Shown: positions 1-9,667, counted from the stretch's first letter. The stretch is 64,000 nt of DNA from an uncultured delta proteobacterium (GCA_963696385.1 CAVOKF010000008.1:822523-886522); one strand, 5' to 3'. The notes: generated from the sequence alone by a model not told the origin. Numbers and translations: made by a program.

Positions 1-1095
1 GATCGCGCGCCGGAGCTCCACGCGATCCATCACGAGCATGTCTGCGAGTTGGCCCTCGCTGTAGAGCCCCTGCTCGTGGGCCTCTGCGGCGAGCATCAGG
101 AGGCGCGCTCCGGGCTCCGTGCTCTCGCCTTCCTCCTGGCTTCCGAGCACGCGTTGCACGGCCTCCTCATCGAGCCCCCGATCCTTGACGGAGTCGTAGG
201 TTCCCTGCGGCAGCAGCTCCAGCCGCTCCAACTGGCGCGTGAATGCCTCGACCGACACTCCAAGCCGGTGTGCACCCAAGATCAGGTGCCGCGCGGAGAA
301 CCTGCCTTCTTGCCCGACGTATTCATCGAAGATTCTACGCACCGTCGCGCTGGGCATGAGGAAAGCCGCAGCGAACGCGTCAGCGAAGACGTCGTCGGGA
401 TGCTTTCCCACGAGTGTGAAGGCGATGCTTGGCTCTCGACGGGTCGTGAGGAAGTGAGCAAGCTCGTGCGCCAGCGTCCACCGGCGCCGGGCGCGCCTGT
501 GCAAGCGGTTGAGCAGTACGCACGCGCCCAGCTCGTCATGGAACGCGTAGACACCTGCGATGGAAGAGGGCAGGGCGCGAACGAAGACGCGAAGTCCGAG
601 CTCGAGCTCCAGGAGCCCGACGAGATCAGGAATCGGTCCGAGCCCCAAGCCGAGTCGAGAGCGCAGTTCTGCCGCCAGCTCCTCGGCCTGCTTGTCCAGG
701 CGTCCACGCCCAGGCCTCCGCTCGGGCGGGTAGTCGATGGGGGTTACCTTGTGGAGGCGGTGCTCGAGCTCGACGTAGGCCGCCGCGAGGTCGTGAAGGA
801 GCGTCAGGGCCTGCACGCCTTCTCGATCCGCCTTTCCTGCGCGGCCGGTGCTCTTGCGGCGAAACTGCCCGACGAGATCGACGCGAACCGCGGTCGGCCG
901 GAGGAACGAGTGCACGCCGACCCCATAGAGCGCGGCGAGAGCAACAAGTTCCTCGGGTCGTGGCTGTCGGTCCCCCCCTTCGATTGCAACGAGCGTCGTC
1001 CGGGCGACGCCGAGTTTCTCTGCCGCGTGCTCCTGCGTCAGTCCGGCCGCCCCGCGAGCGACTCGAAGTCGTTCCCCTAGCTTTGCTGGATCCAT
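1..1095 (-). CDS. XRE-family HTH fused to ImmA/IrrE-family zinc metallopeptidase (3' end runs off the window)
   Basis: Absent from the ORF track because there is no stop in the window. Manual translation from ATG 1095: MDPAKLGERLRVARGAAGLTQEHAAEKLGVARTTLVAIEGGDRQPRPEELVALAALYGV (XRE HTH) ... RRRWTLAHELAHFL (HExxH) ... ADAFAAAFLMP. Open to position 1. Confidence 0.9.
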   Translation of the reverse strand, partial: MDPAKLGERLRVARGAAGLTQEHAAEKLGVARTTLVAIEGGDRQPRPEELVALAALYGVGVHSFLRPTAVRVDLVGQFRRKSTGRAGKADREGVQALTLLHDLAAAYVELEHRLHKVTPIDYPPERRPGRGRLDKQAEELAAELRSRLGLGLGPIPDLVGLLELELGLRVFVRALPSSIAGVYAFHDELGACVLLNRLHRRARRRWTLAHELAHFLTTRREPSIAFTLVGKHPDDVFADAFAAAFLMPSATVRRIFDEYVGQEGRFSARHLILGAHRLGVSVEAFTRQLERLELLPQGTYDSVKDRGLDEEAVQRVLGSQEEGESTEPGARLLMLAAEAHEQGLYSEGQLADMLVMDRVELRRAI

Positions 1096-2450
1096 GGATC
1101 ACCGGGTCCTTGCTCAGAAGTCACAACCTGACGCAACCAACTTCTTTCGGGCACCGCGTTGACGAAGCCGCTCCACTCCTCCGCATGCTTCGCGAAAAGG
1201 CGGCCGAGCTTCGTCTCGACCTCGGCGGACGGCCGCCCCACGGACCTCGCCGTCTCCAGCACGTGACCGCGGTAGTTCGGCAGCTTCGCGGCTACGCCCG
1301 CGAGCTCGTCGAGATCCACCGCGGCGTACGTTCCGACCTCGCGATCAGCCGGCTGCGCATCCGCCGGGAGGTCCGCGTCGACGAGAACGTCGGCGTAGTA
1401 GGTTCCAGCGTCCTCGACGAGGCCAGCCGCCCGAAGGGACTGGCGGCGGAACATGCAGCCGGAGCAAAGCCCGCAGTGGCTCGCGGACACGTTCGGGTGC
1501 TGCCGGCGGACGTTTCGGCTGCACGAGCGCGTCCGCTGCCATCCTTCGAGGGCCTTGCGGGCGTGCAGCTCTGCAAGCACCTCCCCCTTCGTAACCCACA
1601 AGTGCGGCAGCTCGAACGGCGGCAGCACACCCCATAGGTGCTCGAAACATGCGCCTAGTTTCTTGATGAACATGGGGTGGCAACCGGAGACGGGTTGCTC
1701 GATGCCGAACGGCACGAAGGAAGGCCCAAGGCACCCGATGCCGCTCTCGCCGATCCAGATGCGAGCGGCGTTGTTTCGGCGCCAGGCGAGGGCAGCCAAC
1801 GAAAAGAACACGAGGGTCCGCGTTCGATACGACGGCTCCGCGTGCGAGCCTCCCGAAACCGTGAACGGAACCGCCAGCGCGGGCGCCGAGCGATCGCGAT
1901 CCGGGAGAACCGAGTGCAGCGAGCGCGCGCCGTGCTGTGCATGGACGAGCAAGAGCGGCGCGCCGTCGTTCTGAACGCGGTGCTGGGCGACCGTGGCGAA
2001 CGAGTCCAAGCCGCCGCTGTACGGCGCGACGGTCGCCCCGCGAAACTCGCGCGGCAACTGCGGCAGGAAGAGCTGACGGAGCTCGTCGGCAGCCGTGCGG
2101 GGACGAAATTCGAGGCGCCAGAAATCACCGCTCACGTCGTGCAGCAGCGACACCAGCTCCGGCGAGACGCGTTCCCATTCGGCAGGCAGATACACGGGCA
2201 CAGAGAGCGCGACCGCTCGGCCCCATCGACTGCCCCGTCGCCGCGACACGCGCCGATCCGCGAAGGCGATCGAGGCGAGCACGACGAGCAAGTCGACGTC
2301 GATCTCCTCGAGCGGCGTACTGCTGCACCGCTCGAGTGCTCCGCGATCGAACCGGAGCTCGGGGCCGAGGGCGCAAGAGATCGCATCGTCGGGCGCGGGA
2401 GCGCCGGCCTGCTCGAGGACAACGGTCGAGTGCTCTACCGCGGCGTTCAT
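1077..2450 (-). CDS. QueC-like (7-cyano-7-deazaguanine synthase family) protein, QatC-type architecture
   Basis: PP-loop SGGLDS; N-terminal DLL..LA...AD..V.R....W.R...L.VPV...W...GD.W..F block typical of QatC; SYRTR, TKGEV, SC...HCGLCSGCMFRR zinc site. Confidence 0.85.
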   Translation of the reverse strand: MNAAVEHSTVVLEQAGAPAPDDAISCALGPELRFDRGALERCSSTPLEEIDVDLLVVLASIAFADRRVSRRRGSRWGRAVALSVPVYLPAEWERVSPELVSLLHDVSGDFWRLEFRPRTAADELRQLFLPQLPREFRGATVAPYSGGLDSFATVAQHRVQNDGAPLLLVHAQHGARSLHSVLPDRDRSAPALAVPFTVSGGSHAEPSYRTRTLVFFSLAALAWRRNNAARIWIGESGIGCLGPSFVPFGIEQPVSGCHPMFIKKLGACFEHLWGVLPPFELPHLWVTKGEVLAELHARKALEGWQRTRSCSRNVRRQHPNVSASHCGLCSGCMFRRQSLRAAGLVEDAGTYYADVLVDADLPADAQPADREVGTYAAVDLDELAGVAAKLPNYRGHVLETARSVGRPSAEVETKLGRLFAKHAEEWSGFVNAVPERSWLRQVVTSEQGPGDPWIQQS

Positions 2451-2854
2451 CGGCCCCCCCGTAGGTCAGCGTCTAGGTCGAGCCGAAGCTTCGTCGCGCG
2501 CGGCGGCGCCTCACCGGCAAGGTGACGACGCGCCAGACCCTCCAGATCAGCAGACCGCGCGGCCTCGCCGAAGCGACCCAGGAGCGCGGGGCAGTCGCGT
2601 GGGAAGTCGACGTTCCCCTGTGCACGAACCTCGCGCCCGACGACGCTCACGCGGTCCACGAGAGCTTGGGTCAGCGCTCGCCTGGCCGCTTCCTCGGCGG
2701 ATATCCGCTGGTCTGCGATTGCTGCACCTTGACGAAGGAAGGACGCTTCGATCGCGCTGCGCGGCTCGCACGCCGGTTGAAAGGACTCGCCGGGGAACAG
2801 CGAGCCCTCGCCGGCGGCCAGCGCGCGTCGGAGGTAGTCGACGGTGAATGTCAT
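2447..2854 (-). CDS. Hypothetical protein (~135 aa), first gene of the QueC-like operon
   Basis: ATG 2854 with AGGA upstream; stop overlaps the QueC-like start (ATGA). The TTG at 2899 in the track is the -35 box. Confidence 0.65.
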   Translation of the reverse strand: MTFTVDYLRRALAAGEGSLFPGESFQPACEPRSAIEASFLRQGAAIADQRISAEEAARRALTQALVDRVSVVGREVRAQGNVDFPRDCPALLGRFGEAARSADLEGLARRHLAGEAPPRATKLRLDLDADLRGGR

Positions 2855-2871
2855 CGCGCATCCTGAACACA

Positions 2872-2930
2872 AGCATAGTGTCACCGGGAACAATGTCAAG
2901 TCGTGCTGGATGTATGCCTGACATTGTCAA
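2872..2930 (-). promoter_or_regulatory. Sigma-70-type promoter with TGACA operator-like palindrome
   Basis: Minus strand TTGACA (2899-2894), 16 nt, TATGCT (2877-2872); palindrome TGACA-N-TGTCA at 2919-2929. Confidence 0.6.
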
Positions 2931-3073
2931 TTCGCTCTCGGAGTGCGACGAGCCGGAGCCGGCGCTGGCCTCAGCTCCAGCGCAGGCCGGGAAACGCAGA
3001 CGACAGCGGGAAGCGGCTCACGTGCCGCTCCTCGGGCCCGGCGCCGCGCGCGCGGGCCCCGCGCAGGCACTCG

Positions 3074-3378
3074 CTATCCTCCGCCCCCGCCCGGCGGTGC
3101 GCCGTTGGTAGCGGCAGGAGCCTGCTTGGCGCGAAGTCTTTGGATCACGGCGACCGTTCGATCCCCGATGCCCGGCGTGAAGGCATCCTTGCTCGCGTCG
3201 ATGTCGGTGAACTCGTACGCGACCTTTCCGTCCCAATTCGTCGTCGGCGTGAGCTGCAAGGTCGAGGGGTCTCCGTCCAGCTCAAGCTCCGTCGGCAGGG
3301 CCAGACGCCCCCGAACTGCCCCGAGGGACAGGCCGGTGAACGAAGCGATCTCCTTCGCAAGCCCCGTGGAGCCGCTCA
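3074..3378 (-). pseudogene. Headless 3' fragment of an unknown gene
   Basis: Open frame LSGSTGLAKEIASFTG...YEFTDIDASKDAF...GGGGG* with host-like codons, starting at the stop of the upstream gene and lacking its own RBS/start. Confidence 0.4.
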
Positions 3379-3840
3379 GTCCGTCTTGACGTACTTCAGA
3401 TCGAAATCGAGCTCCCAGGTCTTGCCGTCTTCCGACTTCTGCCAGTGCGCCTCGATCGTGCGACTGTCGGTGCTGAGCCGCCCTTCGAAACGCTGGTTGA
3501 AGCCCGGCGCTTTCCTCCAGAGCCGCCAGACACCGTCCTCGAAGCTCATCTGGTAGACGCGCGAAACGCCGCGCGCGTCCGCGTAGAGGACGCTGTACTC
3601 CCCCGAAGTCTCGTCCCGTCCCATGAGCCAGCGAGCGTCCGGCGCGCCGTCCGTCCCACCCTGGTGGTGGACGAGGAAGTGACCGTCCTCAATCCACTCG
3701 AAGCGAGTGGCCCCACGAACGGTCGCAGGGCCACCGACCAGCTTGTGACTCTTTAGCGACCAACGGATTTCCATGTCCCATCGGCCCGAGAGCACCTCGA
3801 GCGGCTTGAGCGAGGGGTTCAACGCCACCATGGTCCTCAT
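3376..3840 (-). CDS. Small beta-barrel protein, DUF1579-like
   Basis: L..L.GRW...FEWIEDGHFL...Y.D.RGVSRVY...FNQRFEG...W+KSEDGKTWELDF pattern; GGAGGAG RBS upstream. Confidence 0.6.
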   Translation of the reverse strand: MRTMVALNPSLKPLEVLSGRWDMEIRWSLKSHKLVGGPATVRGATRFEWIEDGHFLVHHQGGTDGAPDARWLMGRDETSGEYSVLYADARGVSRVYQMSFEDGVWRLWRKAPGFNQRFEGRLSTDSRTIEAHWQKSEDGKTWELDFDLKYVKTD

Positions 3841-3958
3841 TGTTTGCTCCTCCTTCCTAATGGACGACGTACGGGCGGTCTCAGGATCGACAGCCGTGGA
3901 GCTGAGTCCAGCACTTTATCGGAACCGGGCCGCGCTTTCGGAGGCTGGGTAGCGGGCG

Positions 3959-4165
3959 TCACTTCTTCGGCTTCAGGCCCTTGAAGACCGACAGACGGGG
4001 CTCCTTGATGCCGCGCGCGCGATCGGCGTTCGTGACGACGTCGCCGGCGCGGAAGACGCGCTCGCCGAAGCGCACGTCCTTGCAGACGACGCCCATCGCA
4101 CCGCGCTGGCCGGTGCGCGGCATCTCCGCGATCTCGCCGCCGCACGCGACCAGGAGCTCGTCGCT
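3959..4165 (-). pseudogene. Headless 3' gene fragment
   Basis: DELLVACGGEIAEMPRTGQRGAMGVVCKDVRFGERVFRAGDVVTNADRARGIKEPRLSVFKGLKPKK* with very high GC3; upstream in-frame stop and no start before the fragment. Confidence 0.4.
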
Positions 4166-4461
4166 TGGCCAGCACGCGCGCGACTGGCGGCCAGGACCAA
4201 TGGTTTACCCACCTGCCTTGCGGGCCCGTTTCGGCACGGTCACGGCAGTGAAAGAACCACCTCTGCTCGAGACACATCGTCGCACTCGCTCGCGCTCGCC
4301 GTGGCGCCGCTTTGGGGCTGGACTACGCCGCACGGCGTGCCTATGACCTGTTCGGTCGATCGAGGTCTCGTCCCAGGGACTCTGCCCGTTACGGAGGACC
4401 CAACCATGTCGCGCCGCTCAAGCACCGGAATCCACCGCCGCTGGCGAATTCGAGGAGGCCC

Positions 4462-4962
4462 ATGATGAGTATTATCGACGATGCGCTGAAGGCCAATCGC
4501 GAGTATTCGAAGAGGCACGACCGCAGGCTCGCGCAACGCCCGGCTCCCAGGATCGCCGTCGTCATGTGCATGGATCCCCGCGTTTCGAACCTGCCCGAAA
4601 TCTTGGGGCTGCCGCTGGCGGACATGGACGTGATTCGTACCGGTGGACCGGCCGTCACGGAAGACGTTCTCGCAGAGCTCATTGTTTCTACTCGGGTGCT
4701 CGGCTCGAGGGAGATCCTGCTCCTCAACCATACCGGCTGCGGATTTACCACGTTCACGGATGACGAATTGAACGCTAGCCTCGCCGCCTCCACCGGTGAT
4801 GCATCGCCGGCGCCGATGCGTTTCTTCTCCTACAAGGACCCAGCGCAACATACGCGCGAACAGATTAGGAACGTGAAAGCACATCCTTGGATCGCGAAAG
4901 ACATCCCTGTGCGGGGTGTCGTGTTCGACATGGAGACGGGTCTGCTCGGAGAAATCGAGTAG
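4462..4962 (+). CDS. Beta-class carbonic anhydrase (small clade)
   Basis: CMDPR and HTGCG zinc ligands; GAGGAGG RBS before ATG 4462. Confidence 0.9.
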   Translation: MMSIIDDALKANREYSKRHDRRLAQRPAPRIAVVMCMDPRVSNLPEILGLPLADMDVIRTGGPAVTEDVLAELIVSTRVLGSREILLLNHTGCGFTTFTDDELNASLAASTGDASPAPMRFFSYKDPAQHTREQIRNVKAHPWIAKDIPVRGVVFDMETGLLGEIE

Positions 4963-5019
4963 GACGGCGGTCTCTCAGCGATCGGTGAGGAGGCAGGACA
5001 TACCCAAGGAGATGCCGAC

Positions 5020-5925
5020 ATGCCGAGCGATGCCATGGAGCAAGTGATCGCCGCTCTCAGGGATCAGCAAATCGCGAATGCCAGTCGGGCGGCGCCGCCG
5101 CTCAGCGAACGCCGTGCCACGTTCGCCCCTGCGGGCCGCGCTCATGCGATGCCTGACGACGTACTCGTGACGGAGGTCACCGCTGGCGGTGTGCCCGCCC
5201 ACTGGCTTGCGGCCCCCGAAGCGGACACCGGCCGGGTGCTTGTCTTCCTGCACGGCGGAGGTTTCGAGCTCGGGTCGCTTCGCAGCGACGGCGAGCTCGC
5301 CGCCCGGCTGGGACGAGCCAGTGGGATGCGCGTGCTGTTCCCCGAGTATCGCCTAGCCCCGGAGCATCCCTTTCCCGCTGCCGTCGAGGACGTCCGGGCC
5401 GCATGGCACTGGCTCCGCACCCAGCAGGGCCTGGACGCAAAGTCGATCGCGGTGGCTGGCGCATCGGCCGGCGGAGGGCTCTCGGTCGCCCTGCTCGTGG
5501 CCACGCGTGACGCAGGCGAGGAATTGCCCGCAGCCGCCGTACTCATGTCGCCGACGGTCGATCTGACCTGCTCGGGGCGGTCGATGACCGAGCGCGTCGG
5601 CCAGGATCCGCTCTCGACCCCTGCGATGCTCCGTCAGTTCGCCGCCGACTACCTGGCTGGTGCTGACCCCAAGTCTCCACTGGCGTCGCCGCTGTTTGCC
5701 TCTCTGTCGGGGCTCCCGCCGCTTCTTGTGCAAGCGGGCACGGCCGACCTCCTGTTCAGCGATTCCGAACGTCTGGCGAAGGCAACGTCCGAAAGCGGGG
5801 TGGAAGTCACCCTGGAGATCGGCGAGGGCCTGCCGCACGTTTACCCGATCATGCTCGGCACCCCCGAGGCCGCCGAGGCCACCGAGCGGATTGGGAAGTT
5901 CCTGCGGGCGCGGGTTCGCGGATAG
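5020..5925 (+). CDS. Alpha/beta hydrolase, HSL-family esterase
   Basis: HGGG oxyanion motif, YRLAPEHPFPAA, GASAGG nucleophile, C-terminal His (GLPHVY). Confidence 0.9.
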   Translation: MPSDAMEQVIAALRDQQIANASRAAPPLSERRATFAPAGRAHAMPDDVLVTEVTAGGVPAHWLAAPEADTGRVLVFLHGGGFELGSLRSDGELAARLGRASGMRVLFPEYRLAPEHPFPAAVEDVRAAWHWLRTQQGLDAKSIAVAGASAGGGLSVALLVATRDAGEELPAAAVLMSPTVDLTCSGRSMTERVGQDPLSTPAMLRQFAADYLAGADPKSPLASPLFASLSGLPPLLVQAGTADLLFSDSERLAKATSESGVEVTLEIGEGLPHVYPIMLGTPEAAEATERIGKFLRARVRG

Positions 5926-6729
5926 GCATCGGGAAGACTCCGAAGCAGCTCACTCGACGGCCAGCTCAGTGGGCGAAAGAACGCGATTTCCTATCGTGCA
6001 ACAACGAGCGGATCGCCGACGAGCGCACACCGATCGACGACGATGGCGGGATAGCAAGCCCTCCGTGAAAGAGGGATTGCAGGCCTGCACAACGGGCTTA
6101 GCGATCGGGAGAATCGCGTGCTGCAGTCGAGCGCATCGGTCGCGCTCACCTCGCCGGCACGGCTTTGCTGCAGGCGACTGAGGGAGGTTTACCCGATGAC
6201 TCCGTGGCTCTGGCCTTTCAGATGCGCGCCGTGCCGAAGTCCGCGCTTCCTAACCCGTGTCCGCCCTTTGACCGAGATGGAAATCTCGGAGCTCGAGCTG
6301 GCCACCGATGAGGCTCTGGGCCGCGTAGAACCGGAGTGATCGAACTTTCGTATCGACGACGACGCGGACTTACGTTCCGCGGAGTCTTGCCGTCCTGTTC
6401 AAGTCGGGCTCGGGAGCGCTTGGAGCGACGGCGCGCACCTTCTCGTCCGACGAACGTAGCTCCCCCTATCGGCGCGTGCCCTGCCGTCCTACCGCCCCCC
6501 GGCCGGACCTACGAAGTTTCCGACACGTCGAACCTCGGGCTCAGATCACAGGGATCGGAGTGGCCGCTGACAAAGGTCCATGCAGCAGATGTCGATCCCC
6601 GCGAGCGTTTTCAGGAGCCTGCTAGAACAGGGCCGGCGCGCGAAGTGGCGCGTGGGGCCGGGCGTTGCGTTCTCAGTGGAGACGCCGTCCCATATGGCGC
6701 CATCCAACCGCGAAGGAGAGCGCTACATC

Positions 6730-7659
6730 ATGAAAGCTGCGCGAGTTCATCGATTCGGGCCGCCCGAGGTCATCACCATCGAGGAGACGGCCACGGCGTT
6801 GCCCGGGGATGACGAGATCCTCGTGCGGGTGGCTGCGTGCGGTGTCGGACCCTGGGATGCCTGGGTGCGCGCTGGCAAGAGCGTCATCGAGCAACCGTTA
6901 CCGCTCACTTTGGGCGCTGACCTGTCGGGCACGGTGACCCAAGTTGGTTCGGGGGTACGCGGCCTGTCCCTTGGACAGGCGGTGTTCGGCGTGACTAACC
7001 CCCGATTCACAGGAGCCTACGCCGATTTCGCCGTGGCATCCGCGGCCATGATCGCGCCCAAACCGCCGGGGCTCGACCACCGTGCCGCTGCTGGGCTTCC
7101 CGTCATCGCAGCGACGGCACGCCAGATGGTCGACGACGAGGCACGCGTGGTCGCCGGACAGCGCGTCCTCGTGCACGGCGCTGGGGGCAGCGTAGGGTCG
7201 CTCGCCGTGCAGCTCGCCATGGCTCGCGGTGCGACGGTCGTCGGGACCAGCCCGCCGGGTGCGACGGATTACGTGCGTTCGCTCGGCGTGGAGCGCGTCG
7301 TCGATGGCACCGCCGAGGACTTCACGCGCGACATTGCCCCAGTGCATGCGGTGATCGACACAGTCGGAGGCGCCACGCAGGGCAAGTTGCTCGCGGCTCT
7401 CGCTCCCGGAGGCATCCTTGTGTCGTCGGTGTCGCAGCCCGACCCCGCGCTCACCGCGAAGTTGGGCGTTCGTGGCGTCTTCATCCTCGTGCGAGTGACG
7501 CGCCAGGCGCTCGTCGACATCGGGGCGCTCGCCTCGGCGGGCCGGCTCACCTTGCGACTCGCGCCGACGCTGCCACTATCGAAGGCTCGCCTCGCGCACG
7601 AGATGCTCGAGGGCATCCCACGGCGGCCCGTCGGGAAGATGGTCTTGCAGCCCGAATGA
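6730..7659 (+). CDS. NADP-dependent oxidoreductase (MDR/quinone oxidoreductase family)
   Basis: MKAARVHRFGPPEV start with GAAGGAG upstream; VLVHGAGGSVG nucleotide-binding motif; GKMVL terminus. Confidence 0.85.
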   Translation: MKAARVHRFGPPEVITIEETATALPGDDEILVRVAACGVGPWDAWVRAGKSVIEQPLPLTLGADLSGTVTQVGSGVRGLSLGQAVFGVTNPRFTGAYADFAVASAAMIAPKPPGLDHRAAAGLPVIAATARQMVDDEARVVAGQRVLVHGAGGSVGSLAVQLAMARGATVVGTSPPGATDYVRSLGVERVVDGTAEDFTRDIAPVHAVIDTVGGATQGKLLAALAPGGILVSSVSQPDPALTAKLGVRGVFILVRVTRQALVDIGALASAGRLTLRLAPTLPLSKARLAHEMLEGIPRRPVGKMVLQPE

Positions 7660-8064
7660 TTTCGATCGCTGCGAGGGTTTTCGTCGAAGGTCACGGCGAG
7701 GACGCAATCGGTCAGGTCCGCGCCGGCAGTCCTCGAAGGATAGAGCGCGAAGGAGCCGCCCGAGAAGTTCTTCGGTCGCAACGGCCACCTTCGGCTTGCC
7801 GAAGATTTTCGCGACGACCTCGGGGGGGCCCAGTTCCTCCGATGGTGAGTCGCGTATGGGCGGTAGCGGTCTTCGGAAGACACTCGCCGAAGCCGCGCCC
7901 ACGTTTCCCTGGACCGGGGCTTGCGCCTTGGATCATGCGTGCCCGCCATCATGGCCGCTCATGGCGAGCGTCGCGTTGCTGCGAGCTGGGGCCGTCCTCT
8001 ACGCTCGCGACTTAGGGGCAGTGTAGACGCGCAGCCCAAACGTGCGGCTAAGCCTTGTCATCTC

Positions 8065-8202
8065 TCGCGCAGCATCGCGATGCCTTGGCTTTGGGCAATG
8101 GGTGGGCAATGCGGTAGAGCCGCGCCTGTAAGTCGCGCAGCATCGCGATGCCTTGGCTTTGGGCAATGGGTGGGCAATGCGGTAGAGCCGCGCCTGTAAG
8201 TC
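8065..8202. repeat. Perfect tandem duplication of 68 bp just downstream of tRNA-Gly
   Basis: 8065-8132 equals 8133-8200; each copy contains the direct repeat GGGCAATG-N3-GGGCAATG. Confidence 0.9.
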
Positions 8203-8232
8203 CCGGTAGACGAACGGCTTTCTGGCCCATAG

Positions 8233-8304
8233 AGCGGGAGAAGGGATTTGAACCCTCGACGTCCACCTTGGCAAGGTGGCACTCTACCACTGAGTTACTC
8301 CCGC
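8233..8304 (-). tRNA. tRNA-Gly (GCC), CCA not encoded
   Basis: GCGGGAGTAACTCAGTGGTAGAGTGCCACCTTGCCAAGGTGGACGTCGAGGGTTCAAATCCCTTCTCCCGCT folds as a cloverleaf. Confidence 0.97.
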
Positions 8305-8419
8305 AAATCTCGGCAGAATGGAGCCCGAGAAGGATACCGGCATCGTGTAGCGTGCTCGATCGGCAGTGTCAACGCGCTGGCCATTGCACCGACGCCCCCC
8401 TAACGTCGGGGCGCCGAAT

Positions 8420-9667
8420 TCAGGCATAAAACCCGATGGCCGCGTGACTTACGATCGATCCGTCGTCTTCGTCCACGGTCTGTTCATAGTGGAGTAGGCG
8501 CCCGGTCGTGCCGGCGGCGTTCGATCCGACCGATCGCAGAAGCGACCAGATCGGCGCTAGCCCACACACACGGCGTTCGTCGAGATCGGCGACGACATGC
8601 GCCCAAAAACCGCTCGCGTCGAGCGCCACCGCATGCTCCAACGACATCCGATCGGCTCGCTCGAGGTTGGTGCGCTGCTCCGTGTCGTATGCGCGCGAAT
8701 CGCCAAAGCGCGGACCGACGTGTGCGAGGTCCGCACCGGCCACGACAACGACGCGGCCCGCGCGGGCCTCGACCATCGCGCGCACGCCACCGATGAAGCG
8801 CGCGATACGGGCATCCGTATCTGGCGCTTCGCCGCTCGCCTGCTGCGTGCCCAAGCCGGCCAGGACAGGGACGATGCGAAAGGGTCGACCCTTCAGCAAG
8901 TGCTTGAGAAAGACCACCTGGAATTCGAGCGAGTGCTCGCGCTTGTGGTTGAACTGATCGGCGTACGGGTCGAAGCCGTCGGCGAGCGCAGCAAGCGAGT
9001 CGATGCTCTCGGCGTCGGCATCGACAGGTCCGAGCGGTGTGCCGAAGGCCTTGCGGCACAGCGCGAACGGCTCGCGCATGGGGGCATGCGACGTTCCAAA
9101 GACAACAAACGTGTCGGCGTCCGGCGGCAGCGAAGCGCGCATGGCCCCATACGCGTGACCGTAACCAACCGCACCCCGCCACGGGTCGATGTGGGGTGCG
9201 ATGAGTCCCACCAGTCGCCCTTGTCCTGGGACGGCGGCGCCATTGGCTCGCGCGAGACACGAATCGTCGATGTAGCGCTCGAGCGCACGCCCGTCGCCAT
9301 GATAGGCGCCGCCGGCATGCGAGGCCGGACGAACGGAGGCGGCAGCGAACTCGCGTTCGACTCGAGCGCGTGCGGCACGAAACGATGGTCCCTGCAGAAA
9401 GAGACCGCGCTCGAGTTCGTCGGCCAACCTGACGACAACCTCGACGGGCACGGGCTGGCCCATCTCGTTCGAAGCCTCGCGGGCGATTTGGTCGCAGCTG
9501 GCTGTGCCATTGAAGCGCGATACGACGGCAACGAGGGCTGGCGGAATCACTGCGTGTGCCGCGGTGACTCCCTGTGGATCGCGCAATACGAGCACGCGGC
9601 CGTGCTGACGATCCGGTACGACTATCGACTCGACGGCACGAAGCGCAGGACGAGATCGGGCATCCAT
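8420..9667 (-). CDS. amrB: AmmeMemoRadiSam system protein B (Memo-like)
   Basis: RPASHAGGAY, APHID, GTSH, EHSLEFQ, DLAHVGPRFGD, VCG motifs. Confidence 0.85.
   Translation of the reverse strand: MDARSRPALRAVESIVVPDRQHGRVLVLRDPQGVTAAHAVIPPALVAVVSRFNGTASCDQIAREASNEMGQPVPVEVVVRLADELERGLFLQGPSFRAARARVEREFAAASVRPASHAGGAYHGDGRALERYIDDSCLARANGAAVPGQGRLVGLIAPHIDPWRGAVGYGHAYGAMRASLPPDADTFVVFGTSHAPMREPFALCRKAFGTPLGPVDADAESIDSLAALADGFDPYADQFNHKREHSLEFQVVFLKHLLKGRPFRIVPVLAGLGTQQASGEAPDTDARIARFIGGVRAMVEARAGRVVVVAGADLAHVGPRFGDSRAYDTEQRTNLERADRMSLEHAVALDASGFWAHVVADLDERRVCGLAPIWSLLRSVGSNAAGTTGRLLHYEQTVDEDDGSIVSHAAIGFYA

Noticed and set aside
49..1080. 343-aa plus-strand ORF
   Set aside because: Antisense shadow of the XRE-IrrE gene on the minus strand; no motifs.
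5926..6729. 800-bp gap with several short ORFs
   Set aside because: No recognisable protein motif, RNA structure or repeat.
7660..8064. Possible gene remnant between the oxidoreductase and the tandem repeat
   Set aside because: No frame gave a recognisable protein; no integrase motifs seen.
8065..8202. CRISPR-like repeat
   Set aside because: Two adjacent identical units without spacers, and no cas genes in the window.
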